From Deltaproteobacteria bacterium (GTDB lineage Bacteria > Desulfobacterota > GWC2-55-46), in NCBI GenBank assembly GCA_016234855.1, contig JACRNO010000057.1:1-60829 (forward strand): DNA of 60,829 bases. The letters are read 5' to 3'. The first letter of the stretch is position 1; each line of letters begins with the position of its first letter. The translations under genes and the position numbers were made by a program. Below, one piece after another: positions 50,471 to 59,896 of this stretch. A model generated the notes under the pieces. The model saw nothing but the letters and a program-made list of their open reading frames with translations. It was not told where the DNA came from and did not search any database.

Positions 50471-50496
50471 GTATAATGCTTGAGAAGTATCTTACG

Positions 50497-51457
50497 TTAA
50501 TAGATACTGATAATCATGCGCAACAGGATGTGACAGCCCGATTCCCCCTTGGTCGCACGAGCCGAGCGCATGACCGCGAAGACGACCCAGAAGCTGAAGG
50601 CTATGACAATACTGAGGCCGATGCCGGCGGCTATGCCGCCGTGCCTGCCCGTCTTCAGGGCAAACGGGATGCCCACGAGTATCATTATGAAGTTGACGAG
50701 CGGGAAGGTAATCTTGCCGTAGAGGTCGATCTTGAACCGGGCCGCGTTATAGCCCTCGCTAACGAGCCTGTTGACGTAATTCCTAAGCTCGAAAAAGCCC
50801 ATGTTCCTGTATGCGCTCTCTGCCGAGGCAAGCTCGTCCGGCGGCATGACCCCGGGCAGGACAACGTCCTTGCCTTGCGTCTTATCAGCCTTTCCATCCG
50901 GCGTAAAACTCCAGACCTCGGCCGCATCAGCCTTCCATGCGCCGTCCTTCCAAACGGCAACGCGCGCGTTCACCCTGCCTGTGACGGCAAACGGCTTGCC
51001 GACGATATAGAGCGTCACGCCGTTAAGCGCGTTCTTTTGCGTATCCATCTGCCGCACGTTCAGCAACCCGCCCTCGGTGCGCATCCAGATGCCGGATGCG
51101 CCAAAGCCCTGACCGTGCACGCCCATACGCTGACGCCGGAAGGCGTCCACCCTGGCCTGCGCCGCTGGCACGACCAGCTCGTTCATCAGGATAACGGCAA
51201 CGCTCAAGACAAGCCCGGCCGCAAGCATGGGCATGAGCGCGCGCAAGAGGCGCACGCCGCCGGATTTAAGGGCCGTGATTTCGCCGTGCCTCGACAGGCT
51301 GCCGAGCGTAAGGAGCGTTGCGAGGAGCGTTATGCTTCATCAGGCCGCCCATGTTCTCGAAGACGTCTATCATGAGAAAGAGGACGACGAACGCGGCCAT
51401 AGCCATCGCCAGAAGCTTGGCAAACTCCGTCAATATGTAGCGCTCAAGTCTTTTCAT
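50497..51457 (-). pseudogene. lptG: LPS export permease LptG, frameshifted by an internal deletion and 3'-truncated
   Basis: MKRLERYILTEF...MKHNAP, then a frame change near 51325 into LATLLTLGSLSRHGEITALKSGG...KITFPL...GIPFAL. Family resemblance is lost after FAVMRS (about 50562). Confidence 0.8.
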
Positions 51458-51506
51458 GGTTTGCCTGATGGCCCGGCGGATGTGTGCAACTTGTTCTGCG
51501 CATCTT

Positions 51507-51647
51507 GTAGCCCAGGGCTTCGGACTTCCCCCTTTGAAAAAGGCGCTAAAGACACAATGTTAGCGCACAAGGGGGCGTGGTACCCACGCCAAGCGGCGTG
51601 GGTCAGGGGATTAGCCCTGATAAGTCAGACTTAAAGGTCTGAGCTAC
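51507..51647. repeat. GTAG REPIN whose left palindrome is split by a 91-bp C/G-tract insertion
   Basis: gtagcccagggctt|51521-51611|tagccctga...tcagacttaaaggtctgagctac. Confidence 0.78.
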
Positions 51648-51681
51648 AGTCTAACAGAGGAGCCTGAATGTCACCGTTGTG

Positions 51682-51700
51682 GAATTAATCAGAGATTCCT
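51682..51700. mobile_element. Orphan MITE right end (CTCTGATTAATTC family)
   Basis: gaattaatcagagattcct|TA. Confidence 0.6.
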
Positions 51701-51727
51701 TAAATTCCCCCAACCGTCCGCCCGTCT

Positions 51728-52390
51728 TCAACTACCCCTGATGCCGGGTCTGCGCCCCCTGTCAGCCCAGCCCCCGAATATTATCAGGAGCGCCTGCGCC
51801 AGGCCCACATAGGCGACGACCGTTGCGTTCGGCGGCACGGAGCCTGCAAACTGTACTGCGTAAATAATGACGAGCACCCCGGCGAACGCCCATATCCCGT
51901 ACCTGCCGATAGCGTTAATCGGCCGCGTCGTGCCAAGATAAAGCGACAACCCGACCGCGAAAATCAGACCCTCGACAAGGGCCGTTGCCCATGGATGGTT
52001 CCACAGCCCCATGCCGGCAAAGCTCGCGTTGGAGATGCCGATTGGCAGGTCCGGCTTATGGACTATGGCGTCAAGTAGCCAGTGACTGAGAACCCCGGCT
52101 CCCAACGCGAGCGCCGTATAAAAACGCCCCTTTAAAAGGCGGCAGATTACAAAAAGAGATACTGCCCAGAATACCGTTGCAAGGAGGCTGTGCGTAAACG
52201 GATAATACTCGAATACCAGCGGCGTAACCCTTGTCGCGCCCGGCGTTATCGTCACCCGCTCGATGCCGAGGAGTATGAAGACCGGCCAGATGATATCGAG
52301 CCAGAGCGCGGCGAGAAGGAGCGTGCCAAGGGATGTATTGGGCGCAAACCGCTTCAAGGCAAGCCCTGCGCCGTAGTGACCTATGAACAT
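51728..52390 (-). CDS. Membrane protein, metal-dependent hydrolase-like
   Basis: MFIGH, LDIIWP, PFTHSL, SHWLLDAIVHKPDLP, GLWN; multiple TM helices. Start moved to ATG 52390. Confidence 0.8.
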   Translation of the reverse strand: MFIGHYGAGLALKRFAPNTSLGTLLLAALWLDIIWPVFILLGIERVTITPGATRVTPLVFEYYPFTHSLLATVFWAVSLFVICRLLKGRFYTALALGAGVLSHWLLDAIVHKPDLPIGISNASFAGMGLWNHPWATALVEGLIFAVGLSLYLGTTRPINAIGRYGIWAFAGVLVIIYAVQFAGSVPPNATVVAYVGLAQALLIIFGGWADRGRRPGIRGS

Positions 52391-52455
52391 GAGATTCGTC
52401 CCCTGAGATGATATCCCGGCCGTGTTATTTAACTGCGCCCGTGGCAATGGCAAAG

Positions 52456-53586
52456 CTAACGTCCTGAAATAAACCTCGGCAAGAGCGGCGCGTCCTTTGC
52501 CGCCCTGAAGAATATATACGCGCCAGCCAGGAAAAAGATAATCGTCGAGGCCCAGACGGCAAGCACCGGGTTTATACTCGAATGCTCGCCAAGCGCCTCG
52601 AACGCGGTCGAGGCGACATAATAGAGGAGCACCACGCCGAGCGCGATGGTAAAGCCGGTAAACCTCGTGCCGCGCACCTTCTGTATGCCGAGCGGCACGC
52701 CCATGAGCGCGAAAAGGAGGACCGAGACCGGCAGGACGAAACGCTTATGCATATCGATGATTATGCCTGCAGGGTCTTCCCCGCGCGAGCGCATATCAGC
52801 CGCCTTCATCGCAAGCTCTCCTGCGTAGAGTTCGCGGTTCGTCCTTGAGGCCAGCATGGTCTCCGGACTTCCCGTATCGAGTTCGACCATATAGGTCGAG
52901 AAGGCGGCGATGTTATAATAGCCTTTCTCCGCGCTCTGCCTGTGCACGGCCCCGTCGTAGAGCTTCAGGTATACCGAAGAGCCGTTCTCGGGCGCGGCCA
53001 TGACCCCGCGCGCGGCAAAAAAGGTATTCGGCTCGCCGCCCTTCGTCTCCTCGGCGATGAATATGCCCTCCATCTCCCCGGTGCCCGGGGTCACGTGGTC
53101 GACATAGAGCGTCAGCCCCTTGAACCTGTCGTAGAAGGTCTTCTCCTCTACGCCGGAGACGAGCGCCTGCTTTGATGCGTCAAAAACCAGCCTCTTGAGG
53201 CTCAGATTGCCCCACGGAAAGGCATACAGGGTCACGAACAGGGCGCAGACGCTCACGACCGCGGCAACGGCCATAACCGGCTTCATCAGGGTAAAGAGGC
53301 TCATGCCAGAGGCCTTCATCGCGGTCAGCTCGCTGTCAGACGAAAGGCGCGTAAACGCGGCGAGCACCGCCACAAGAAAGGAAATCGGTATCGTATAGAT
53401 GAGAAACGACGGAATGACCGAGGCCACAAAGCGGGCGAGGAAGGGCACACCGGCCCCGTAGACCACGGCGAGCTCGACGAGCTTGACGACCTTGCTGAGG
53501 AGGGCGGTAGCCGTGAAGATGCCAAGGCTTAAAAGGAAAGGGACAATGATTTCTTTAAAGACGTATCGCGTCAGGATACCCGGCAT
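52456..53586 (-). CDS. lptF: LPS export permease LptF
   Basis: ILTRYVFKEI, RLSSDSELTAMKASG, HKRFVLP, GVPLG; six-TM pattern. Confidence 0.92.
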   Translation of the reverse strand: MPGILTRYVFKEIIVPFLLSLGIFTATALLSKVVKLVELAVVYGAGVPFLARFVASVIPSFLIYTIPISFLVAVLAAFTRLSSDSELTAMKASGMSLFTLMKPVMAVAAVVSVCALFVTLYAFPWGNLSLKRLVFDASKQALVSGVEEKTFYDRFKGLTLYVDHVTPGTGEMEGIFIAEETKGGEPNTFFAARGVMAAPENGSSVYLKLYDGAVHRQSAEKGYYNIAAFSTYMVELDTGSPETMLASRTNRELYAGELAMKAADMRSRGEDPAGIIIDMHKRFVLPVSVLLFALMGVPLGIQKVRGTRFTGFTIALGVVLLYYVASTAFEALGEHSSINPVLAVWASTIIFFLAGAYIFFRAAKDAPLLPRFISGR

Positions 53587-53805
53587 TTGATAATCATACT
53601 ATAAAGCCGGGGCTCTCACAACATGGTTTTACATCTATCTGTCCTGCTATCCCTGTGAGACCCGCCTTGCCCATAGCGTGTGCGCTGCCGCCTCAGCCTT
53701 TGCCGCCAAAGGCTCGCATCCCGCGTCATCAGTTTGTCAGTAATACGAAAAATAATCACGGGGAATTGCGTTTAACTATCCATCCTGTTAACTTAAATTT
53801 TATAG

Positions 53806-53841
53806 TTGCCAATTTATGTAGTCAGGTATATACTACGTGAA
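53806..53841 (+). promoter_or_regulatory. Leaderless promoter of the XRE gene with an inverted-repeat operator
   Basis: TTGCCA - 17 nt - TATACT - 6 nt - ATG; ATGTAGT-N9-ACTACGT overlapping the -10. Confidence 0.65.
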
Positions 53842-54203
53842 TGCTAAGCAAAGAAGAGATACTCGGCCGCCTGAGGACGCTGCGAGAGGCACGGTCGCTC
53901 CTTCAGGAACACGTGGCCAGAAGCCTCGGCATAGACCGCACCACATACGTCCGCAAGGAGAAGGGGCATATCCCGATAACCACCGAAGAATGGTTAAAGC
54001 TCGCGCAGGCGATGCAGGCCGATCCGGCGTACTTCTTCGGCACACCGGAGGCGATTGAAAAGGATAGCAAGGACGCCTTTGACGAAGATGACCTGTTGAG
54101 GCTCTACAGGTCGTTGAACCACGAAGAACGCTTGAGGTTCGTCTGCGGCATAAGAGAGGCCGTCCGGAAGATGCGGCAGCAGACGGCGCAGGACGCCCTT
54201 TGA
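53841..54203 (+). CDS. XRE/HTH_3 transcriptional regulator
   Basis: RLRTLREARSLLQEHVARSLGIDRTTYVRKEKG; C-terminal LLRLYRSL helix. Confidence 0.85.
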   Translation: MLSKEEILGRLRTLREARSLLQEHVARSLGIDRTTYVRKEKGHIPITTEEWLKLAQAMQADPAYFFGTPEAIEKDSKDAFDEDDLLRLYRSLNHEERLRFVCGIREAVRKMRQQTAQDAL

Positions 54204-54323
54204 GAGCGGCGGGCCGCGCCGCTTGCAAGGCCCGGCTCTACACAGAGCAGCTATCTTACGCCGAGAGGTCTTGACATTTGCACTCCGGTCTGTTACTTCT
54301 TAATGTGTACGGAGGTAACGTCC

Positions 54324-54632
54324 ATGAAACCTCGAATGAAGAGATACGCCGTTGGCGCAGTCGCCCTGGGCCTCGCCATTTACGGGGTCTTCGGCAGCGG
54401 CGAGCTGCTTGACCTCTTGCGCGCGCAGAAAGAGCGCGACACCGTCCTCGACGAGATAAAACGCATCGAGGCGGACAACTCCGGCCTTGACGAGAAGGTT
54501 CGCCTCCTTAAGACCGACAGACGTTACATCGCCCACGTGGCGAGGGTCGAACTCGGCATGATAGGCAAAGACGAGATAGTCTACAGGGTCAAGACCCCCG
54601 GCGGCGACGCCGGCCAGAAGCCCGCACGCTAA
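54324..54632 (+). CDS. ftsB: Septum formation initiator FtsB/DivIC
   Basis: One TM helix, coiled coil, ARVELGMIGKDEIVY; GGAGG SD; TTGACA-17-TACTTC upstream. Confidence 0.85.
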   Translation: MKPRMKRYAVGAVALGLAIYGVFGSGELLDLLRAQKERDTVLDEIKRIEADNSGLDEKVRLLKTDRRYIAHVARVELGMIGKDEIVYRVKTPGGDAGQKPAR

Positions 54633-54674
54633 CCCGCACCGGCGCAACGACTCTCAACGCACACCCTGCGAGAT

Positions 54675-55508
54675 ATGATGAAAAAGGCCCTTAAGCTTGC
54701 CGGCATACAGATGACCTGCGCGCCCGAGACCGGGAAGAACCTTGCAAAGGCCGCAAGCCTCATCGAGATAGCAGCCGGCGAGGGCGCAGGGCTCGTTGCC
54801 ATGCCGCAACTATTCTCCACCCAATGGTTTCCCGCCACCATCGACAAGGCCCGCTTCTCGCTTGCCGAGACCGGGGACGGCCCCACCGTCACAGCGCTGC
54901 GCGAGTTGGCCGCAAGGCTCGGCGTGGTCGTCGTCGCGCCCATATACGAGGAAGACCGCGGCACACGCTTTAACACCGCGTTTGTCATAGACGCCGACGG
55001 TACGATTGCGGGCAAGTACAGGAAGATGCACGTCCCTGCGCTCCCCCTGTGGGAAGAGAAGACCTACTTCAGCCCCGGAGACCTCGGCTTTCAGGTCTTC
55101 AAGACCAGGGTGGCGAATATCGGCGTGCAGATATGCTGGGACGTCTTCTTCCCCGAGGGCGCGCGCATACTGGCCCTCGGCGGGGCGGAAATCATCGTCG
55201 CGCCCACTGCCTCGGCCTTCATGCACTCTGCAGCGCGATGGGAGCGCGCCATAGCCGCCTCGGCGCAGAGTAACGGCCTCTTTATCCTGCGCGTCAACCG
55301 CACGGGCGCGGAGGCGCATCAGGAGTTCTACGGCAGGAGTTTTTGCATGGGGCCTGACGGCGAACTCGTCTCTCCACCGTCCGGCGGACAGGACGGGGTC
55401 GTGCTCGTGGACATCGACCTCGGCGCCATCGCGGATGCGCGATGCGACTGGACGTTTTTAAAGGACAGAAGGCCTGAAGAATACACGGAGATAACGCAGA
55501 AAAAATGA
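54675..55508 (+). CDS. Carbon-nitrogen hydrolase (amidase/N-carbamoylase-like), catalytic Glu replaced by Gln
   Basis: YRKMHVP, EKTYFSPGD, ICWDVFFPE; PQLF in place of PELF. Confidence 0.88.
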   Translation: MMKKALKLAGIQMTCAPETGKNLAKAASLIEIAAGEGAGLVAMPQLFSTQWFPATIDKARFSLAETGDGPTVTALRELAARLGVVVVAPIYEEDRGTRFNTAFVIDADGTIAGKYRKMHVPALPLWEEKTYFSPGDLGFQVFKTRVANIGVQICWDVFFPEGARILALGGAEIIVAPTASAFMHSAARWERAIAASAQSNGLFILRVNRTGAEAHQEFYGRSFCMGPDGELVSPPSGGQDGVVLVDIDLGAIADARCDWTFLKDRRPEEYTEITQKK

Positions 55509-57223
55509 AATCGCGCCACAACATCAAGGAGATCATAAACTCGGCGGTTCAGGCCGCCAGGGCCGAAGGCCTTATCAAGATCGGGACGCTGCCGGATATC
55601 GTAATCGAAAAATCACGCAAGGACGAGTTCGGGGACTTTGCCACGAATATCGCCATGGTCCTCGCCCCGCTTGAAAAACGCCCGCCGCGCGAGGTCGCCG
55701 CCATTATCGCCGCTAAGATTCAGGATGCGAAAGAGACCACCGGAGTCCCGCTCGTGAAAAAGTGCGAGGTCGCGGGCCCCGGGTTCATAAATATATTTCT
55801 CATGGAGACCTACTGGCTCTCCATACTCAGGGATATACTCGATAAGGGCGAGGCGTTCGGCAGGTCTGAGGCAGGCGCAGGCAAGAAGGTCTTGCTTGAG
55901 TTCGTCAGCGCCAACCCCACCGGACCGCTCCACATAGGCCACGGCAGGGGCGCGGCAGTGGGAGACGCAACCGCCCGCATAATGGCCGCGGCCGGATATG
56001 CAGTAACAAAAGAATTTTACATAAACGACATCGGCAAGCAGGTCTTGACGCTCGGCAGATCGGTCTATATCCGCTACCTTCAACTGCTTGGCAAAAAGAT
56101 TGAGCTGCCAGAAGACTCTTACAAGGGCGAGTATATAAAAGACGTTGCCATTGAATTCCGCAAAGAGAACGGCGACAATTTCAATAACGGGATATTGGAT
56201 ATTCAGGGTAATAACCGGCAGATTGAGCTTCTTCAGCCTTTCATAGATTTCGCAAAGAAACGTCTGCTTGACGATATCAAGACCGACCTTGCCGCATTCG
56301 GCGTAGCCTTCGACAACTGGTTCAGCGAGGCCTCACTTTACAAGCCTGAAAACATCGTAGACAAAGCCATCGAGACGCTGAAAAAGGACGGGTTCGCGCG
56401 CGAGGAAGACGGCGCACTCTGGCTGAAGACCATGGAGCTTGCGAACGACGACAAGGACAGGGTCTTAGTCAAGGCGGACGGGTCAAAGACCTATCTGGCC
56501 TCTGACGTGGCTTATCATAATGAAAAGGCCAAACGCGGGTTTGACATCCTCATAAACGTCTGGGGCGCGGACCACCACGGGTACGAGGCGCGGATACGCG
56601 CGGCTCTGAAGGCATTCGGCCATGACCCCACCATCCTGAAGATAATCTTCATCCAACTCGTCGCGCTCCTGCGTAACGGCGCTCCCGTTGCCATGGGCAA
56701 ACGCGAGGGCGAGTTCGTCACTCTCAGGCAGGTCATGGACGAGGTCGGCGCGGACGCCTGCCGTTTCTTCTTCCTCATGCGTAAGGCGGACGCGCAACTC
56801 GACTTCGATCTTGAATTGGCCAAAAGCCAGGCCCCTGAAAACCCGGTCTACTACGTCCAGTACTGCCATGCGCGCATCAGGTCGATTATAGACTATGCGA
56901 AAGAGCAAGGCGTGAACGTGCCCGCAGACACCGAGGACGAGGCGCTTGCGCTGCTCACGAGCAAGGACGATATCGACCTTATAAAACACCTTGCGCTCTT
57001 TGAGGAGGTCGTCGAGAAGAGCGCCTTAGCCATGGAGCCGCACCGCGTGACATATTACCTCACCGAGCTTGCGGGCATCTTCCACCCGTACTACAACCGT
57101 AACCGCATCGTCACGGACGACGCCGGGCTTACGGCCGGCCGCCTCTTATTGTGCACGGCAACCGCACAGGTCATCAAAAACGGGCTGGGCCTGCTCGGGG
57201 TATCCGCACCGGACAAAATGTAG
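55505..57223 (+). CDS. argS: Arginine--tRNA ligase
   Basis: AGPGFIN, EFVSANPTGPLHIGHGRG, WGADHHGY, NPVYYVQYCHAR, LLGVSAPDKM. Confidence 0.97.
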   Translation: MKSRHNIKEIINSAVQAARAEGLIKIGTLPDIVIEKSRKDEFGDFATNIAMVLAPLEKRPPREVAAIIAAKIQDAKETTGVPLVKKCEVAGPGFINIFLMETYWLSILRDILDKGEAFGRSEAGAGKKVLLEFVSANPTGPLHIGHGRGAAVGDATARIMAAAGYAVTKEFYINDIGKQVLTLGRSVYIRYLQLLGKKIELPEDSYKGEYIKDVAIEFRKENGDNFNNGILDIQGNNRQIELLQPFIDFAKKRLLDDIKTDLAAFGVAFDNWFSEASLYKPENIVDKAIETLKKDGFAREEDGALWLKTMELANDDKDRVLVKADGSKTYLASDVAYHNEKAKRGFDILINVWGADHHGYEARIRAALKAFGHDPTILKIIFIQLVALLRNGAPVAMGKREGEFVTLRQVMDEVGADACRFFFLMRKADAQLDFDLELAKSQAPENPVYYVQYCHARIRSIIDYAKEQGVNVPADTEDEALALLTSKDDIDLIKHLALFEEVVEKSALAMEPHRVTYYLTELAGIFHPYYNRNRIVTDDAGLTAGRLLLCTATAQVIKNGLGLLGVSAPDKM

Positions 57224-57265
57224 GGAAGGTTTTTGCGCCGCGCCCAAATCCATTTCCAAGACTTC

Positions 57266-57346
57266 GTAGCGCAGACCTTCAGGTCTGCATTCCTGCCGCA
57301 GCCTGCCGTTGCAAAAAAGGGCTGCAGGGCTAACGCCCTGCGCTAC
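57266..57346. repeat. GTAG-type REPIN
   Basis: GTAGCGCAGACCTTCAGGTCTGC...GCAGGGCTAACGCCCTGCGCTAC. Confidence 0.85.
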
Positions 57347-57384
57347 CCGTCATTATCCGGCACGCGCCGTTTGCGGAGAAAAAA

Positions 57385-57813
57385 ATGAGCAAAGAATCCA
57401 TACTCGCCCTTGTCACGGCCATTGTCTGGGGGGTTGCCCCTGCCCTTGAAAAGACCGGGCTAAACGGCAGAATCGAGCCGTTTACCGGCGTGGTCGTCCG
57501 CACCATACCCATCGTTATACTGGCGGTCGTGGGCATGTTCACTATCGGCAAGGTGAGCGACCTTCAGAATATCGACCTGCGGAGCGCCGCTTTCGTGGCC
57601 GGTGGCGGCATTGCCGCCGGGTTCGTCGGTCAGTTCGCCTTCTACTCGGCCCTGAAGACCGGGCAGGCCTCTGTGGTCGTGCCTCTGGCCGCGACCTATC
57701 CGCTCTTTGCGCTCCTCATCTCCATCTTCTTCCTCGGCGAGACGATTACATGGCCAAAGGCCGTTGGCGCATGCCTCGTGGTCGGCGGCGTGGTGCTGCT
57801 TTCCAGGGTATAG
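57385..57813 (+). CDS. EamA/DMT-family transporter (single repeat)
   Basis: Five TM helices, YSALKTGQASVVVPL, FLGETIT. Confidence 0.88.
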   Translation: MSKESILALVTAIVWGVAPALEKTGLNGRIEPFTGVVVRTIPIVILAVVGMFTIGKVSDLQNIDLRSAAFVAGGGIAAGFVGQFAFYSALKTGQASVVVPLAATYPLFALLISIFFLGETITWPKAVGACLVVGGVVLLSRV

Positions 57814-57824
57814 ACCCTGGCCTG

Positions 57825-58943
57825 CTATCCTTTAAGCCCGGCCTTGAACTCCATCATCTTCATTATGTCCCTTCGCGATATCACCCCTACGAGCAGGCCC
57901 GCCTCCACCACCAAAAGCCTGCCTGCGCCTTCATTGAACATCCTCAGGAGCGCGTCGAGCGCCGGAGAGTCAGGCGCAAGCATCTTCTCAGGGTCGATAC
58001 TCATCATCACGTCGGCCACGCGCGTCGAAGGCCACCTGTCTCTGGGCAGCTCGCGTATGGGCGCAAGCATCAGAAGCCCCTTAGGCCGGCCCATTGAAAC
58101 GACCGGAAAGCTCGCATAGTGGTGCGTCAGGAAATACCCGTCAACCGCCTCGGCTACGCTTACGTTTTCGTCGATGGTCACCACGTCAGTCGACATGAGG
58201 TCTTTCACCTTCACGCCTTCGAGCGCCTGTTTGATGAGAAGCTGCTCATAGCCGGAGCCCGCTGCCTGCTGCAGAAAGACACCTATGAATATCGACCACA
58301 GGCCCGCGATGTTGCCCGTAAGTATCTGCACCGCGCCGAAGATAATCAGGAGCAAGGCAAAGCCCTTGCCCGCGGCGCTGGCCGCGCGCGTTGCGGCGGC
58401 GAGATTGCCGCTCATGCGCCACCAGACGGCGCGAAGCACCCTGCCACCGTCGAGCGGAAAGCCGGGTATCATGTTAAAGACGACGAGGACGATATTTATC
58501 ATCGCGAGATACGAGAGGATGGCCGCAACCAACGGGTTTACCGCATTGCCAACGAGGCGCGCGGCAAGCCAGAACGCCCCGGCGAGAACAACGCTTGCGA
58601 ACGGCCCGGCAAGCGCAATCTTGAGCTCCGCCATAGGGTCTTGCGGCTCGCCGGAAAGATGCGCCACGCCGCCGAAGATGAAGAGCGTTATCTCGTCAAC
58701 CCTGACCCCGAGCCTGTTGGAGACATACGAATGCGAGAGTTCGTGCGCGAGGACGCAGGCAAAAAGGAGAAAGGACGAAATCACCCCCATGACGACATAT
58801 GCGGCCCTGTCAAAGCCCGGATGCCTCGCAGGGAAGTATCCGAAGGCGAGGCTCCACGCAAAAAAGACGAATACGACAAACCACGTGTAGTCTATCGTTA
58901 TCCTTATCCCGAATATCGTTCCAACCCTGAATCCGCGCGCCAT
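57825..58943 (-). CDS. Site-2 protease (M50) with a CBS pair
   Basis: [24 protein letters not shown]; C-terminal CBS domains. Confidence 0.93.
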   Translation of the reverse strand: MARGFRVGTIFGIRITIDYTWFVVFVFFAWSLAFGYFPARHPGFDRAAYVVMGVISSFLLFACVLAHELSHSYVSNRLGVRVDEITLFIFGGVAHLSGEPQDPMAELKIALAGPFASVVLAGAFWLAARLVGNAVNPLVAAILSYLAMINIVLVVFNMIPGFPLDGGRVLRAVWWRMSGNLAAATRAASAAGKGFALLLIIFGAVQILTGNIAGLWSIFIGVFLQQAAGSGYEQLLIKQALEGVKVKDLMSTDVVTIDENVSVAEAVDGYFLTHHYASFPVVSMGRPKGLLMLAPIRELPRDRWPSTRVADVMMSIDPEKMLAPDSPALDALLRMFNEGAGRLLVVEAGLLVGVISRRDIMKMMEFKAGLKG

Positions 58944-59164
58944 TGTCCACTCACCTCCGCATCCCCGCGATTCGCAGCGCGAGGATTAATCATCACCCAG
59001 GCTGCGCCAAACCCTCGCGCCGCCGTCTTCCTCCGCCATGCCGCCGTCTTTACGCCCGACGCCGGGACGGCCAATCAGTCCCCCCGTCTCCTATTCTGAT
59101 TTTAGCATAAGTCAGACCGGCGCGCGCGTTACCGGACTTGTCATAGGGCGCGTTACAGGATAAG

Positions 59165-59896
59165 ATGATTGATATGAAGCCTCTTGTGGAAGTGCGCGGA
59201 CTGACCAAGTCCTTTAACGGCATAAAGGCGGTGGACGATATCTCCTTCGAGGTCTACGAGGGCGAGATACTGGGGCTTATCGGGCCTAACGGCGCGGGCA
59301 AGACCACGACCCTGCAGATGCTCCTCGACCTGACCACACCGACCTCCGGGGAGATACGGATATTCGGACTGGAGCTTGCGTCGAACAGGGCGCTGATACT
59401 CGGCCAGGTCAACTTCTCGTCGTCGTATATCTCGCTCCCGCACTCCCTGACCGTGCGTGAGAACCTCAAGATATTCGCAAGGCTCTACGCCGTGGCCGAA
59501 CCCGGCGAGCGCATCGCCGAGCTTACAACGGCCTTTGAGATAACCGATCTGCTCGACGTGCCCGTACGAAGGCTCTCGTCCGGCCAGATAACCCGCGTCT
59601 GCCTTACCAAGGCCCTGCTCAACGACCCGCGGATACTCTTCCTCGACGAGCCCACGGCCTCGCTCGACCCGGACATAGCGGACAAGACTCGCGCGATGCT
59701 CAAGCGGATAAAGGCCGAACGCGGCCTGTCGATACTATACTCGTCGCACAATATGCAGGAGATGGAGGATATCTCCGACAGGGTCATATTCATGGACTCG
59801 GGCCGCATCATCGCCTCAGGGAGGCCGTCCGAGATAAAGGAAAAATTCGGCGGGGCCTCGCTTGAAGAGGTTTTTCTGAAGGTCGCGCGCAGATGA
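59165..59896 (+). CDS. ABC-2 exporter ATP-binding protein
   Basis: GPNGAGKTT, LSSGQ, LDEPTASLD. Confidence 0.92.
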   Translation: MIDMKPLVEVRGLTKSFNGIKAVDDISFEVYEGEILGLIGPNGAGKTTTLQMLLDLTTPTSGEIRIFGLELASNRALILGQVNFSSSYISLPHSLTVRENLKIFARLYAVAEPGERIAELTTAFEITDLLDVPVRRLSSGQITRVCLTKALLNDPRILFLDEPTASLDPDIADKTRAMLKRIKAERGLSILYSSHNMQEMEDISDRVIFMDSGRIIASGRPSEIKEKFGGASLEEVFLKVARR

